Shown: positions 1 through 39,115, counted from the first letter of the stretch. The stretch is 64,000 bases of DNA from the human T2T-CHM13v2.0 reference genome, Homo sapiens (GCF_009914755.1 NC_060926.1), one strand, 5' to 3'. The notes: generated by a model from the letters alone, not told the origin. Numbers and translations: made by a program.

Positions 1-439
1 ATAAACTGGAGGTCACATGATCAGTGGATGTTATAACTGGTAGAGTCCTTAGCTATTTACCTCATCTGAACCCCTTGCTTTACAGATGGAGAAACTGAGT
101 CCCAGACGGGAAATAATAGTAGTGGGATTAGGAACCTTGACGATGGTTCCCATGCATCAAGCGCTAGGCTCTGTGCTCACTCACCCCAGTCCTCAGAAGC
201 TGTAGAGCAGAGGGACTTAACCAGGAGTGTGTGGCAGAACCACCTGAGGAGTATTTCAAAGTACACGTGCCTGGGCCCCCATCACGTTTCTTTTGTGCCC
301 CGGGGGATTCTGATGCACATTTCTGAATGACCCCAACCAATGCAGCTGGCCCAGGTCAGTAAATCAGCATCAGACAGAAGAAAATTCTTAAGAGTACTGC
401 CCGCTGTCAGCTCCGGGACTCTCAGAGTGGAAAGAGTTA

Positions 440-570
440 AGAGGTCTTTGGAGCCACAAAGACCTCAGCTTGAATCCCAGCTCTTCTGATTGCTAGTGTC
501 ACGGCCTTGGGCGTACTGCTTAACCTCACTGAACTTCAGTTTCCTTATCTGTAGAATTAAGATGGCGAAC
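440..570. mobile_element. MIR SINE fragment
   Basis: MIR core motifs tgaatcccagctct...cttaacctc...cagtttccttatctgtagaat. Confidence 0.65.
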
Positions 571-864
571 AGGGTAGCCTGGGGAGTAAGTGTGCCCACA
601 CCCCACAACAATGTTAGTTCCGCCCTCATCTGGAGGCCTGAGTGGCTATGGATTAGCTCGGGGTGGATTCTGCTTTACAAGTACTCCCCCTTGTTTTGCA
701 TGAACAAAGAGGGCGCCCTGGGTTTAGGTCTGGGAAGCCCCAGCGCAGCTGCCTGCTGGGTGTGGAGCGGTGCACGCCTTCACGTCTGGTCAATGTCCAC
801 TGAGTGCTGTTGAGAGGGAGGCTCTGGAGTCCCGCCCGCCCCGGCGCGGCTGAGCCCTGGGTAC

Positions 865-1002
865 CTGCATTAAGTCCGCCCGGTTCAGGGCGCTGGCCGC
901 CACCTTCAGGAGGACTTCACCCTCCCCCGGGCTCGGCTTGGCCACCTCCTTCACGTAGAGGTTTTCCGGTCCTCCCGGCTTGTCAAAGTGCACGGCTAAC
1001 AT
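865..1002 (-). CDS. TP53I3: TP53I3 (PIG3, quinone oxidoreductase) first coding exon; gene continues left beyond the window
   Basis: ATG at 1002; 138 nt translate to [46 protein letters not shown], the PIG3/zeta-crystallin-like N-terminus; followed by donor CAG|GTACCC at 864. Confidence 0.97.
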
Positions 1003-1018
1003 ATTGTCTGAGGACACA

Positions 1019-1103
1019 GGGCAGGGCAGGGCAGGACAGGACAGGGCAGGGCAGGACAGGACAGGACAGGGCAGGGCAGGGCAGGGCAGGACAGGACAGG
1101 GCA
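1019..1103 (-). repeat. (TGYCC)17 pentanucleotide microsatellite, the p53-responsive element of PIG3
   Basis: 17 contiguous GGRCA units counted on the + strand, ending 16 nt upstream of the ATG; matches the known polymorphic PIG3 element. Confidence 0.97.
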
Positions 1104-1416
1104 GGGGCCGCTGTATCCTCGCGGAGCAGCCCAGCCTCAGGCTGGCACCGCAGCGCCCCCTGCCGGCCAGCGCCTCGCTGCCCTGGTCTGCCGCGGACCC
1201 GGCCTCCGCCCCGAGCTCCTGCCTGGGAAGTCCTCGGCCGCCTCCAGACCGATCCCACCCGGAACACAGATGGGAACGGCGGGAAGTGGGATGGCGGTAC
1301 AGGGCTGGATGCGGCAGAGCAGGACAACGCCGAAGAGGATCAGGCAAATCACACTCCCTCTGAGTTGGAAGCCCCCAGCCCGACCCGGGTCCCCGGCGCC
1401 CGTATGAGTTACTTAC

Positions 1417-1545
1417 TCCTGGCCCGGCTCCCCTCCCATGCACCAGGCGGCGCCGAGTGGTTCTGGCTCCTGCGGGTCCCGGTGACAAAGCCCGAGCCCC
1501 AGAGCCCCAGGACTGCCTCTGCCTCCACCGGAATGGACGGCTGGA
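1417..1545 (-). other. TP53I3: Probable non-coding first exon of TP53I3
   Basis: Consensus donor GGA|GTAAGT (plus-strand acttac 1411-1416) inside the CpG island; the TSS is inferred, not visible. Confidence 0.55.
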
Positions 1546-1770
1546 CCTGGGGTAGCCGGAGGGGTGGGGCTAAGCAGAACCACCCTCCCCCTCTTTCCTT
1601 TCCTCCTTCCCCCTTTAAAACGCAAAGTTAGAAGCAAGCAAATCAGATTTTCTTGTCCTTTTAGCCTCTGGAAAAGAGTCTTTCTCTCAGCTTGACAGAA
1701 AGTGCGATTCTAGCTCTCACTTCAAGGAGAGGAAACTTCCTTCTCTCTAGGGAACGAGACCCAACCTCTT

Positions 1771-1785
1771 GGCGGGCGGATTGGT
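1771..1785 (-). promoter_or_regulatory. Adjacent CCAAT box and GC box
   Basis: ggcgggcggattgg reads CCAATCCGCCCGCC on the minus strand, upstream of TP53I3. Confidence 0.5.
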
Positions 1786-1850
1786 CCATTTTCCAGGCAT
1801 GGCCAGGCTTTTGGCACATTTATGTAACAGGCTGGCATCCCGCCCATCTT

Positions 1851-1870
1851 GAGCATGGGTGGGCAAGCTG
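1851..1870. promoter_or_regulatory. Classical p53 response element of the PIG3 promoter
   Basis: GAGCATGGGT GGGCAAGCTG: two RRRCWWGYYY-like half-sites with no spacer, about 320 bp upstream of the inferred TSS. Confidence 0.85.
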
Positions 1871-2044
1871 GGTGCTGCTAAGAGAAGAGAAAGGAGCCGT
1901 TGGGAGTGGGGGTGGGGAAGGAAGGCAAAACGCAGTCCTGGGACCCTTATCACTCGCCTCCTCCTGACAGTCCTGGGGGAGAGGTTCAGCCCCAGGAGAA
2001 GGATGCTGGCGATTGGGTAAAAGCTGTATCCGTAAGCTACATGA

Positions 2045-2172
2045 AGGTTTCTCAATCTCGGCGCTATTGACATTTTGGACTAGCTAGTTCGTTATTGTAG
2101 GAGATCGTCCTGTGCATCGTAGGATGTTTAGCAGCATCCCTGGCCTCCCCCCACTACATATCCGTAGCACTC
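2045..2172. mobile_element. MER20 hAT DNA-transposon fragment
   Basis: ctattgacattttgg...gtcctgtgcatcgtaggatgtttagcagcatccctggcct. Confidence 0.75.
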
Positions 2173-2174
2173 CT

Positions 2175-2544
2175 TGTAAATTCCTGTTTTAGTAAGAACC
2201 TCCCATCCTTGACATCTGATCACCCTCAATATCTCATCCTCCACCATCCCCCAAGTGATATCCGACCACCCTGGCCTGTCTTCAGTGAGAATCCTGTTAG
2301 GTCAGTTTAGATAGAATCCCCCTTACCCCTGATGCCTCTTACCAATTTTCCATCCACTGACCCCCTACACTGCTCCTTGGCTATACATTCCCACTTGTCC
2401 GTGATGCATTCAGAGTTGATCCCAACCTGTCTCCTCCACTGCAAGAACTCATTGCAGTGGTCCCTAAACCTGTAGCGATGGTGCTAAATAAAGTCTTCCT
2501 TAATGTGCTTTAACAAGTATCATTGAATAATTATTTCTTTAACA
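2175..2544 (+). mobile_element. MER31-like ERV1 LTR
   Basis: tagaatcccccttacccctgatg, AATAAA near 2487, and a ...tttctttaaca terminus. Confidence 0.65.
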
Positions 2545-2639
2545 CAACAGAGCAAAAGCCTATAGAGATGGAAATAATAAAATGATGGGACTTAAGGAAA
2601 AATTCAGGAGACCCTGCTATGAGAATAACAGGAATTTTA

Positions 2640-2945
<306 letters not shown>

Positions 2946-3845
2946 GAATTTTAGAAGGAGGAAGAGGAATGGATGAAGAAGATTCAATAGTTAACCAAAT
3001 AAAAGAATACAGTTTTCCTAAATTCTACCAGATTATACGGATTGAAAACATTCACTAAAGGATGGATTCATAAGAACAAAAATGCATGCCTATATTTTAT
3101 AAAATTTCAGGTTCTAACAAGTGTGGAAAGAATAAGTTACTCACAATTGGTTAAAAAAAATGGCTTCCTTCTCTCCCTCCCTCCCTCCTTCCTTCCTTCC
3201 CTCCTTCCCCACCCCCTCTTTCTCTCTCTCTCTTTTTTGTAGTGTAGGGGTCTCATTATGTTGCCCAGGCTGGTCTCAAACTCCTGGACTCAAGCAATCC
3301 TCCTGCCTCAGCCTCCCAAAGTGCTAGGATTACAAGTATGAGCCACTGTGCCCAGCAAGTTTCTATCTGCAATCTGGAAGCTAGAAGAGAGTAGACTAGC
3401 GTCTATTGACTAGAAGAAAAGCACTGTAACTCAATATACCCCATTAAGATATAATTCACTTGTTAGGGCAAAAAACATGTCTGAGGATGTATAAGGATTC
3501 AGAGACACATCATCCGGATACGCATCTGTCCAAAATCGAGGAAAGGTTTGAACCAAATAAATATCCTAGAACAGAGACAGATGGAAAGGAAATAGTTGTA
3601 AATAACAAACTTTGCAAAAATCGACACTAAAACTGATTGGATTAAGAAAATGGAATGGATTAAGATAGATGAGGAATGTGTAATGTAAGTGCTAAATAAG
3701 AACTTTTAAGATGCAAGGAGTAACTTTAAAAAAAATCTAATAATACCAACCACTAAGTATACTAAAGTATCCCAGTAAAACTAGTAGTTGAAAGTGCCTA
3801 AGATTTTATCTTAGTGAGCCCTTGGTCGATGTAATCTTGCAGTGT

Positions 3846-5700
<1,855 letters not shown>

Positions 5701-5757
5701 ATGGGGAAATAGATTATATTTAGTAGAAATGTATCCAATTATGAAAGTTGAGAAATG

Positions 5758-9328
<3,571 letters not shown>

Positions 9329-9618
9329 TTACTTCTAAGGAGTTTGTCCTGTAGAAATAAAACACACCAATTATACAGATGTATGTACAGAGATGTTTAT
9401 TTCAGCCTTGATCATAGTAACAAAAATTTAGAAACAAAGTAGATCCCATCACTAAGGGAATGGCTGCATAAATTGTGAATTCTATGCATCCACTTGAAAA
9501 ATGAACTAGAGCTATAGCAGTTGACATCAAGGGATTTCTGTGAAGCGTTTGTTTAATCAGAGTAAAATTATGGTAAAACAATGACAAAATACCCCCATAC
9601 ACATATACATGATTTTAT

Positions 9619-9619
<1 letters not shown>

Positions 9620-9667
<48 letters not shown>
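9620..9667. repeat. (CA)24 microsatellite
   Basis: Uninterrupted CA run. Confidence 0.97.
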
Positions 9668-9669
<2 letters not shown>

Positions 9670-9825
9670 ATGTACAGAGGCTACCTGCCTCTGCCATCTT
9701 CCTGGCCACCCACCACCATGGCTCAGGGCTCAAGGCGTTTCTCCTTACTCCAGGTGGTAGTCTGCACACATTTTTATTCTGAAATAGGCAAAAAGCATGT
9801 CCCAAAACTATGTGTCCCCTCTCAC

Positions 9826-11057
9826 TTTTTATTTTTATTTTTATTTTATTTTACTTTAAGTTCTGGGATACATGTGTTGAAGGTGCAGGTTTGTTACGTA
9901 GGCATACATGTGCCATGGTGGTTTACTACACCTATCAGCCTGTCATCTAGGCTTTAAGCCCCTCATGCATCAGGTGTTTGTCCTAATGCTCTCCCTCCCC
10001 TTGCCCCTAGCCCCCCAACAGGCCCCGGTGTGTGATGTTCCCCTCCGTGTGTCCACGTGTTCTCATTGTTCATCTCCCACTTATGAGTGAGAACATGCGC
10101 TATTTGGTTTTCTCTTCCTGTGTTAGTTTGCTGAGGATGATGGTTTCCAGCTTCATCCATGTCCCTGCAAAGGACATGAACTCACTCTTTTTTATGGCTG
10201 CATAGTATTCCATGGTGTATATGTATCATATTTTCTTTATCCACTCTATCATTGATGGGCATTTGGGTTGGTTCGGTGTCTTTGCTATTGTAAACAGTGC
10301 TGCAATAAACATATGTGTGCATTTTTTTTTTTTGAGACAGAATCTTGCTGTGTCACCCAGGCTGAAGTGCAGTGGCACAATCTTGGCTCACTGCAACCTC
10401 CTCCTCCTGGGTTCAAGCGATTCTCCTGCCTTAGCCTCCCAAGTAGCTTGGGACTACAGGGGCCCACCACCTAGCCTGGCTAATTTTTTTTGTATTTTTA
10501 ATAGAGACGGGTTTCACCATATTGGCCAGGCTGGTCTTGAACTCCTGACCTTATGATCTGCCCACCTCAGACTCCCAAAGTGCTGGGATTACAGGTATGA
10601 GCCACCACTCCTGGCTGCATGTGTCTTTGTAGTGGAATGATTTATAAACCTTTGGGTATATACCCAGTAATGGGATTGCTGGGTCAAATGGTATTTCTGG
10701 TTCTAGATCCCTGAGGAATCGCCACATACTTTTTTTTTTTTTTAAGACAGGGTCTTGCTGTGTCACCCAGGCTGGAGTGCAGTGGCACCATCATAGCTTA
10801 CTGCAGTGTTGACCTCTTGGATTCAAGTGATCCTCCTGCCCCAGCCTCCTGAATAACTGGGCCTTGGCCTCCCGAGTAGTCTCATGTGCCTGGGACTGCA
10901 GGCACATGCCACCACACCTGGCTACTTTTTAAAGTTTTGGTAGAGACAAGATCTTTCATGTTGCTCAGGCTGGTCTTCAACTCCTGGGCTTAAGTGATCT
11001 TCCTGCCTCCATCTACCAAAGTACAGAGATTACAGGTGTGAGCCACTGTGCCTAGCC
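9826..11057 (-). mobile_element. 5'-truncated L1PA7/8-like 3' end (9826-10727) inserted in the tail of an older Alu (10730-11057) and itself interrupted by an Alu (10322-10615)
   Basis: L1 3'UTR motifs; flanking repeat cctctcac(a)ttttt near 9818 and 11059 encloses the whole nest. Confidence 0.8.
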
Positions 11058-11355
11058 TCCTCTCACATTTTTAAGTTGATATCTAAAATTATTCACCTGA
11101 AATATAAATAGTTTAAAAGATAAGGATTTCTTATTTCTTTTAATACTGACATTTTAAACTCTTAAAACAGGCTTTTTCCCCCTCCCGAGAGACAGAGTCT
11201 TGTTCTGTTGCTGAGGCCGGAGTAAAATGTTGTGATCATAACTCACTGTAACCTCAAACTCCTGAACTCAAGGAATCCTACCACCTCAGTCTTCCTAGTA
11301 GCTGGGACTATAGGCACATGACACCATGCCTGGCTAATTTTTCTGTTTTTCGTAG

Positions 11356-11481
<126 letters not shown>

Positions 11482-11537
11482 TAAATATATCAATTGGGCC
11501 GGGTGCGGTGACTCACACCTGTAATCCTGGCATTTTA

Positions 11538-11777
<240 letters not shown>

Positions 11778-11843
11778 TTATTAATATAATCATCCACTAA
11801 GAAAGACCCAAACTCTTCTTTAACAGTTAAAAGTTTAACAACC

Positions 11844-17960
<6,117 letters not shown>

Positions 17961-17971
17961 GTTTTACAACC

Positions 17972-19860
<1,889 letters not shown>

Positions 19861-20649
19861 TTCTTTTGCTCCAAGCCAGGCTCAAAGGCTCAAAGGGCTG
19901 TGTGAGCGTGAGCCCTTTTGTATACTGGGTGAAGGGAGGCTGGGGAGGGAGGCCAGAAAGTAGCTTTGACATCAGTCCTCAACTACAGCAGATCTTTTTC
20001 AGGAAAGTACGTATGGAAGTTGAGAACCTGGGAAAAAGGAACCCCTTAAATCCATTCATGCCTGTGTGCCCCTTCTAATGGCTTTGTGAACCATCAGGAC
20101 ATAAAGTTCTCTCATTTGGAGACCTCTGTTACAAAAGATTGCCTGCTCCCTGGGCACCTCCACAGGTGCTGTATAGCTACCACCAAAGGGTCACTTGTGT
20201 GGGTCTCTCTGCGTAGCTGGACCCAGTTGGAAGTTTGTAATGAGAATTATAGGAGGCAACTGGAATGCTCTACAGAGGAGGCTCCAGACAGTTATTGCCT
20301 TGAGGAAGTTTATGAAAAAGGCTTCCACTAGGCACCCAGCAATGCAGCGGGTGTGTTTAGGAAAGGCTGGCTGGCCAGGAGGTGAGCTGCCAAGAGGCTT
20401 CACCAGGCCTGCAGAACTTCAGAGAATCGCTATAGTCCAGGTCAGACTCCCTGCCTGTCGGTATGTGGAGCGCGGGTCTACAGCTCACAGAACTGAGTTC
20501 TTAAATCCAGGTATCAGTGTGCTAATTTGTAAGAAGAAATTATTGGCATGGGGGCTGAACCCCAAAATCTACAGGCAAATCTATGTGGAATGTCAAATGG
20601 TAAGCCAGGACTCAGGACAAGATGGGACGATTGAGATGAATTGGGGGTG

Positions 20650-27020
<6,371 letters not shown>

Positions 27021-27029
27021 AGTCACCCA

Positions 27030-27660
27030 TTTCTGGGATGGGGGATAGGTACTAGATAGCTTCAGGGCAGGGGCTGGTCACCAGAAGAACCAACCCTGTG
27101 ATTAGAGGGCTGGAACTTTTAGCTTCATCTCCTGACTTCTGGGGAGGAAAAGTGAGTGGGGATTGAGTTCAATCATATAGCCGATGATTCAGTCAATTAT
27201 GCCTACATAACAGAAGCCCATATAAAAACCCTGGAACAACAAGGTTTGGAGAGAGAGCTTCTGGGCTGGCGAACACCTCCATGTGCTGGGAGGCGCATGT
27301 GTCTGGAGAGGTGTGGAAGTTCTGTGCCCCCGCCCTATACATCTCCATTTGGCTATTCCTGACTTGCATCCTTTATAAGAAAACTGCAATCGTAAGTGCA
27401 GTGTAGCCTTTTCATGAGTTCTGTAGTCATTCCAGCAAATTATCATGAGTCATGGGACTCCCCCCCCAAATCTGTAGCCAGGTCAGACAGAAGTGTGGGT
27501 AGTGCGGGTAGCCTGGGGACCTGGGACTCGTGTTTGGCATCTGTAGTGGGGACAGGCTTGTGGGAACTGAGCTCCTTAACCTGTGAGGTCTACACTAACT
27601 CCAGTTAGCTAGTGTCAAATTGAATCGTAGGACACTTGGTCAAAGAATTATTGTTGGAAA
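27030..27660 (+). mobile_element. MER21-family LTR (partial)
   Basis: Shares motifs with 3846-5700 (ctagatagcttcagg, ctggtcaccaga, actaactccag). Confidence 0.75.
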
Positions 27661-27761
27661 CTACCAGGGTACTTAAATTGTTTGCTCATAAACCCTCCCA
27701 CTTTGAATGGGCCCAACCAACATTTACTCCAGTGACTCTTATCTGAGCTTCCTGGCTGATC

Positions 27762-30600
<2,839 letters not shown>

Positions 30601-30859
30601 CCCAAAAGAATCAAACTACTGACTAAATAATGGATGAACGGACTAGTGGCAAGGCTGACTACCAATCAAAAACAAAAACAAAAACAAAAAAACAAATCTG
30701 TGGTACTTGGCCATCCAAGCTCAGAAAAGGAATGATGTTGGAAGTAAGTTCTGTGTAAGGCTATTATACAGAGCTGAAAATGAGATAATTTTGTAAATAC
30801 CAGCAAAAGACATCCTGCCCTAGATGGCATGTCTTTGGAATTTTGAATTCTGTACCTCA

Positions 30860-31740
30860 CTGCCTGATTACAACTATAAAGGACCTAAGATTTGATTTTA
30901 CTTGACTTACAAAGGCTAGTAAGTTAGGGTTTGCCACAAGGAGATGCTGAATCTGGGGGACAAAAAGAACATGAAAGGGCTCCCGTTTCCCAATCTCCTG
31001 AGATCGAATGTGTTCCCTCTCCAGGTGCTAGGGTCTCCGTGGCCATGCAGTTGGTGTGTCCCATCCCAGTAGCCATGTCTGTACTTTTTCTCCAATCGTG
31101 CCCTACTTGCTTCCAGACATCTTGTCTGGAAGGGTCAGATGTAAGAGGGACAGGGGCATTTTTGAAAAATTAAAGAGAACCATTATATCCTATCTTGGCC
31201 TGTGTAGAACCCTGTAGAGGGATCTAGAGAACAGTGTACTTAACTAAGTAGTCATTATCGTCATGATATAGGACCATGTTAGTCCAATCTAGCTGAACCA
31301 GAATTAAATTTGAATTCCCTAGGCTGTCTTTTTTTAAGTAGTCGAAGGTGGTCTCTCCCCAGGGACATCTGAAGGGTATACCAACCAGGCTGGCCTGAGG
31401 ATGTTGTCAGGGAAAAAAAGATGCATCATGTTTAGCAATAGTCAGTGTAGAATCTTGAATTTTCAAAATAGGTTCTATAGCTCTCCACCCTTATGGTCCA
31501 GATTATCACCTAGGAGACCAAGAGGAGATGAACTCTTTCCGGGGAAGGGTGCATTTAGTGACCATACTGCCTTACTAAGGTGTGCAGTGAGAGTTAGGGT
31601 TAGAGTCAGAAATCTTTTTGAGTTGATTTTTGAGAAGGCCTTTCCAATGTTCAAAATGATACCAGATACCTGCAAATGGGAGTGTGAAATGTCAATTGAA
31701 TACCTTGACTAGTGGTCCATTGTTGAATGGCCTTTGCAAT
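30860..31740 (-). mobile_element. ERVL-type internal remnant (integrase region and downstream sequence)
   Basis: Minus-strand frames give KAIQQWTTSQGIQLTFHTP / QVSGII / HWKGLLKNQLKKISDS / HLSKAVWSLNA, resembling the ERVL integrase core with frameshifts. Confidence 0.7.
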
Positions 31741-32033
31741 CCCTTCTCCCAAGTCTCACAGGGGTGATGTGAGCCAGACAGATGTCACACATGCAGGGAG
31801 TTGTATTACAGGAGGGGTAACACTGAGCTCAGGGACTCCACTGCTTTTATAGCAAACAGTAAGCAAGCTTGCTCTCTGTCCTGATGGGAGACATCCCTTC
31901 ATTTTTCAAGGTTGCTTGCTGCAACCTAACCCTGAGAAATGTCTTGGATAAAGAGTGGTGAGAGCCTTGCATTCTTGGCATACTTAGCAAGGTGTGTAGG
32001 AGTACAAGAGCCTCACAGAAAGGAGCCTCCCAA
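31741..32033 (-). mobile_element. LTR47-like LTR (3'-truncated)
   Basis: tatgccaagaatgcaaggc...gcaaccttg...gcttgcttactg...ctataaaagcagtgg on the minus strand. Confidence 0.7.
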
Positions 32034-32285
32034 TAGATATGCTCTGTGAAATGATCAGTGCTCTCTCATTCCATGCCGATGACCAACACTTATTAAAAAA
32101 CAGTTGATCAAGTAATTCCAGTGAAAGAAGAGGATCTCTGGAAGTAATAAAAATTGCTCCCTTAATTCATTCTTCTTTTTTAGTGCCTTCTGTCTAGTGT
32201 TTTTTCAACCATAAAATATTTTTTCTTTAGGCTCTTCAATTTTCTTCTAAAATAATAAAAGTGTCTTTCATGGGCCTCTGATGAC

Positions 32286-32314
32286 TTAACTTCCTTTTTT
32301 TCTTAGGTAGTCTC
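32286..32314 (-). CDS. PFN4: PFN4 last coding exon (G)DYLRKKGS*
   Basis: Acceptor tttgctttcag|GA, phase 1 match with the previous exon, stop TAA at 32288-32286. Confidence 0.95.
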
Positions 32315-32374
32315 CTGAAAGCAAACACAGCATGGTTATTATTTATGAGCTGCAAATTATCACTACAAATGATT

Positions 32375-35550
<3,176 letters not shown>

Positions 35551-35749
35551 TGCTTTTGTTACTAGAGGCTTCTGTTTCAAAGGAGTGTTTATGCAACTCC
35601 AGTAAACTTTTTAAAATTTAAATTTAGATTTTGAAAAATCTAAACACAAACACAATTTACCATTTATTAAGCTCAACTCTCACCGATATAATACCCAAGC
35701 TAGTTCTCTATGAGATCTTTATTCAAAAATGTATAGACACGGAGGGGGA

Positions 35750-36235
35750 ATGCAGTATATACCAACAAAGTGGCTGCCTGACTCACAGTAATTCCTTTTC
35801 CTGTAAAATGTCTCTTTATATAGGGTAGACCCCCAGCAGCCACATCTCTGCCTTTTTACCCTGCTGTCTCCCCCCTCCCCTATCCTGCCCCACCTACATA
35901 GCTGACTGATACAGGGGTAAACCATATGACCTGAAACTTGCCAAATCAGGGTCCTAAGAGAAATTAAGGGGTATTATGGGAGGCTTGGCCATGATATCAG
36001 CCAGGAAAGGAAACAGTTTGCTATGAGACAGAACAAAGCTGACTCATTTAGAAGTCAAGACAGAATCCTAGCAGTGTTCCAGTCCCTGAATCTACCTTCC
36101 CCATGGCTCAGCTGCACCCTGTCCTTCCAGTGGCTATGTAAATAACCTCAGCATCCTTCCAATAAATTCCTCCTTTCTGCCCTAGCTGGTTTGAGTTGGA
36201 TCTCTGTTACTCGTAGTCGGAAGACCCAACTAACA
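35750..36235 (+). mobile_element. LTR33/LTR16-like ERVL LTR
   Basis: aataaattcc...gctggtttgagttgg...tctgttact...ctaaca 3' end. Confidence 0.55.
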
Positions 36236-36271
36236 TAGGGAATGAAGACAGGAACTAGGAGGCCAACTTAC

Positions 36272-36377
36272 CCAGGCTCTCTGTGGCTTCCACACAGATG
36301 CTAGGATACATGCCCTCAGTGTAAGTTGCCACCAGAAGATACAGATGGGTCTTCACAACAACCACACCAGTGTTCTC
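36272..36377 (-). CDS. PFN4: PFN4 coding exon 3
   Basis: tatacag| [36 protein letters not shown]|GTAAG; profilin C-terminal fold; 106 nt. Confidence 0.96.
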
Positions 36378-36530
36378 CTGTATAAAGAATATAAGAGAAT
36401 ATTCTGCTCTTGGTTCTAATCACAGGACCAGTGGTCATGCTCCAGCTACGTTTTTCACCATTTCCTGATTTCCATATGTTTGGAATATATATGGAATATA
36501 CATATTCCGTATATATTTTCCATATGTTTA

Positions 36531-37533
<1,003 letters not shown>

Positions 37534-37855
37534 CACTGAGAAATGTTTTAAGCACAGAAATGATTATCTCTTTTTTTTTTTTTTTAAAGGAGGATGTAGA
37601 GTATGAAGGTGGGACTGTATTGGAAAGAGTTCAGGCAAGGCTCAGTTAATAGATTCTGGAATGAACATTTCTCAAAACCAGGCTCTTGATAGGACTTTCA
37701 CATATGTCTTCCTGGCACTAGACTGCTATCTCAAGACAATGGCTCAAGACATTAATGGATTTAATCTGTTTTACAGAAAGGATCAGGCAGAGCAAGGAAA
37801 TTTGGAGGCAAATTCTTTTCTTTTACTCAGCTCTCTTCAAATCTTGAGCACTCAC

Positions 37856-37993
37856 ATTTTTGGCATAAAGAGAATATTCATCTGCCCGGACACATCTGTA
37901 ATCTTTTCCCTTGAAATACAGTCCTTCTCTTCGGGCTTGCAAAGGGTTCTTGGCAAATCCATTCACCAGTGTTCGGACATCACTGGGCGTTAC
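37856..37993 (-). CDS. PFN4: PFN4 coding exon 2
   Basis: ctccag| [46 protein letters not shown] |GTGAG; 138 nt. Confidence 0.96.
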
Positions 37994-38016
37994 CTGGAGA
38001 GGTTACATGGTTAGAG

Positions 38017-38725
38017 CAGGAGTCAGCCAACTATGGCTGGTGGCCAGCCAAATTTAGCCCACTACCTGTTTTTTATGGCCTGCAAGCTAAGAATGGTTTT
38101 CATGTTTTTAAATGGTTGGGGAAAAAAAATCAAAAGAATAACACTTCGTGACACTTACAAATTATATGAAATTCAAACTTCAGTATCCATAAATATAAAA
38201 TTTTATTGGAACACAGTCACATTCATTCTTTTATGTATGGCTGTTTTTCCTCTACAATTGCAGAGTTGAGTGGTTGTGACAGAGACTCTACGGCCCTGTG
38301 CTATAGTTTGAATCTCATGTTGAAATCTGATTCCCAGCGTTTTCGGTGGGGCCTAATGGGAGGTATTTGGATCATGAATAGACTGATGCCCTCCCTGCGA
38401 GCTGGGGGAAGCTGTGAGTTTTCACTGTATTTGTTCCAGGAGAGCTGGCTGTTAGAAAGAGCCTGGCACCTCTCCACTTGCTCTCTCTTGCTTCCTCTCC
38501 CCCACTGTGATCTCTGCACATGCTGGCTCCCCTTCACCTCTGCCATGAGTGGAAGCAGCCTGAGGCTTTCACAGATGACCAGTCTTCCAGGCAGTAGAAC
38601 TGTGAGCCAAATAAACCTCTTTTCTTTATAAATTACCCAGCTTCAGGTATTCCTTTATATCAACAGTAAAAAGACTAAGCCTAGAAACCTAAAATATTTA
38701 TGTAGCTCTTTACAGAAAAAGTTCA
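38017..38725 (+). mobile_element. MER58B-like hAT element split by an MST (MaLR) LTR at 38299-38680
   Basis: MER58 motifs on both sides; MST tgctatagtttga...aataaacctcttttctttataaattacccag. Confidence 0.75.
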
Positions 38726-38829
38726 TTTAAAAGTCACGTCTGGGCTGGGCACGGTGGCTCATGCCTGTAATCCCAGCACTTTGGGAGGCCGAGGCAGGTG
38801 GATCACCTGAGGTTAGGAGTTTGAGACTA

Positions 38830-38991
<162 letters not shown>

Positions 38992-39115
38992 CTAAGCAAC
39001 AAGAGTGAAATTCCGTCTCAAAAAAAAAAAAAAAAAAGTCATGTCTGCTTCATTTTTTGGAAGAATAGAAATAATAAGTAAATCAAGTCTTAGGTCCAAA
39101 CTTGTTTTTTCTTAC

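Larger units (their letters stand above)
700..1560. promoter_or_regulatory. TP53I3: CpG island / promoter of TP53I3
   Basis: High GC and dense CpG over the 5' region. Confidence 0.85.

Noticed and set aside
790-1631. Long overlapping ORFs (232 aa, 275 aa and others) over the TP53I3 5' region as separate genes
   Set aside because: Stop-poor GC-rich island plus the pentamer repeat; only 865-1002 matches a known protein and has a splice donor
30860-31740. Processed pseudogene or intact env/pol gene
   Set aside because: Only frameshifted integrase-like peptides next to an LTR; no long ORF and no polyA/TSD of a retrocopy
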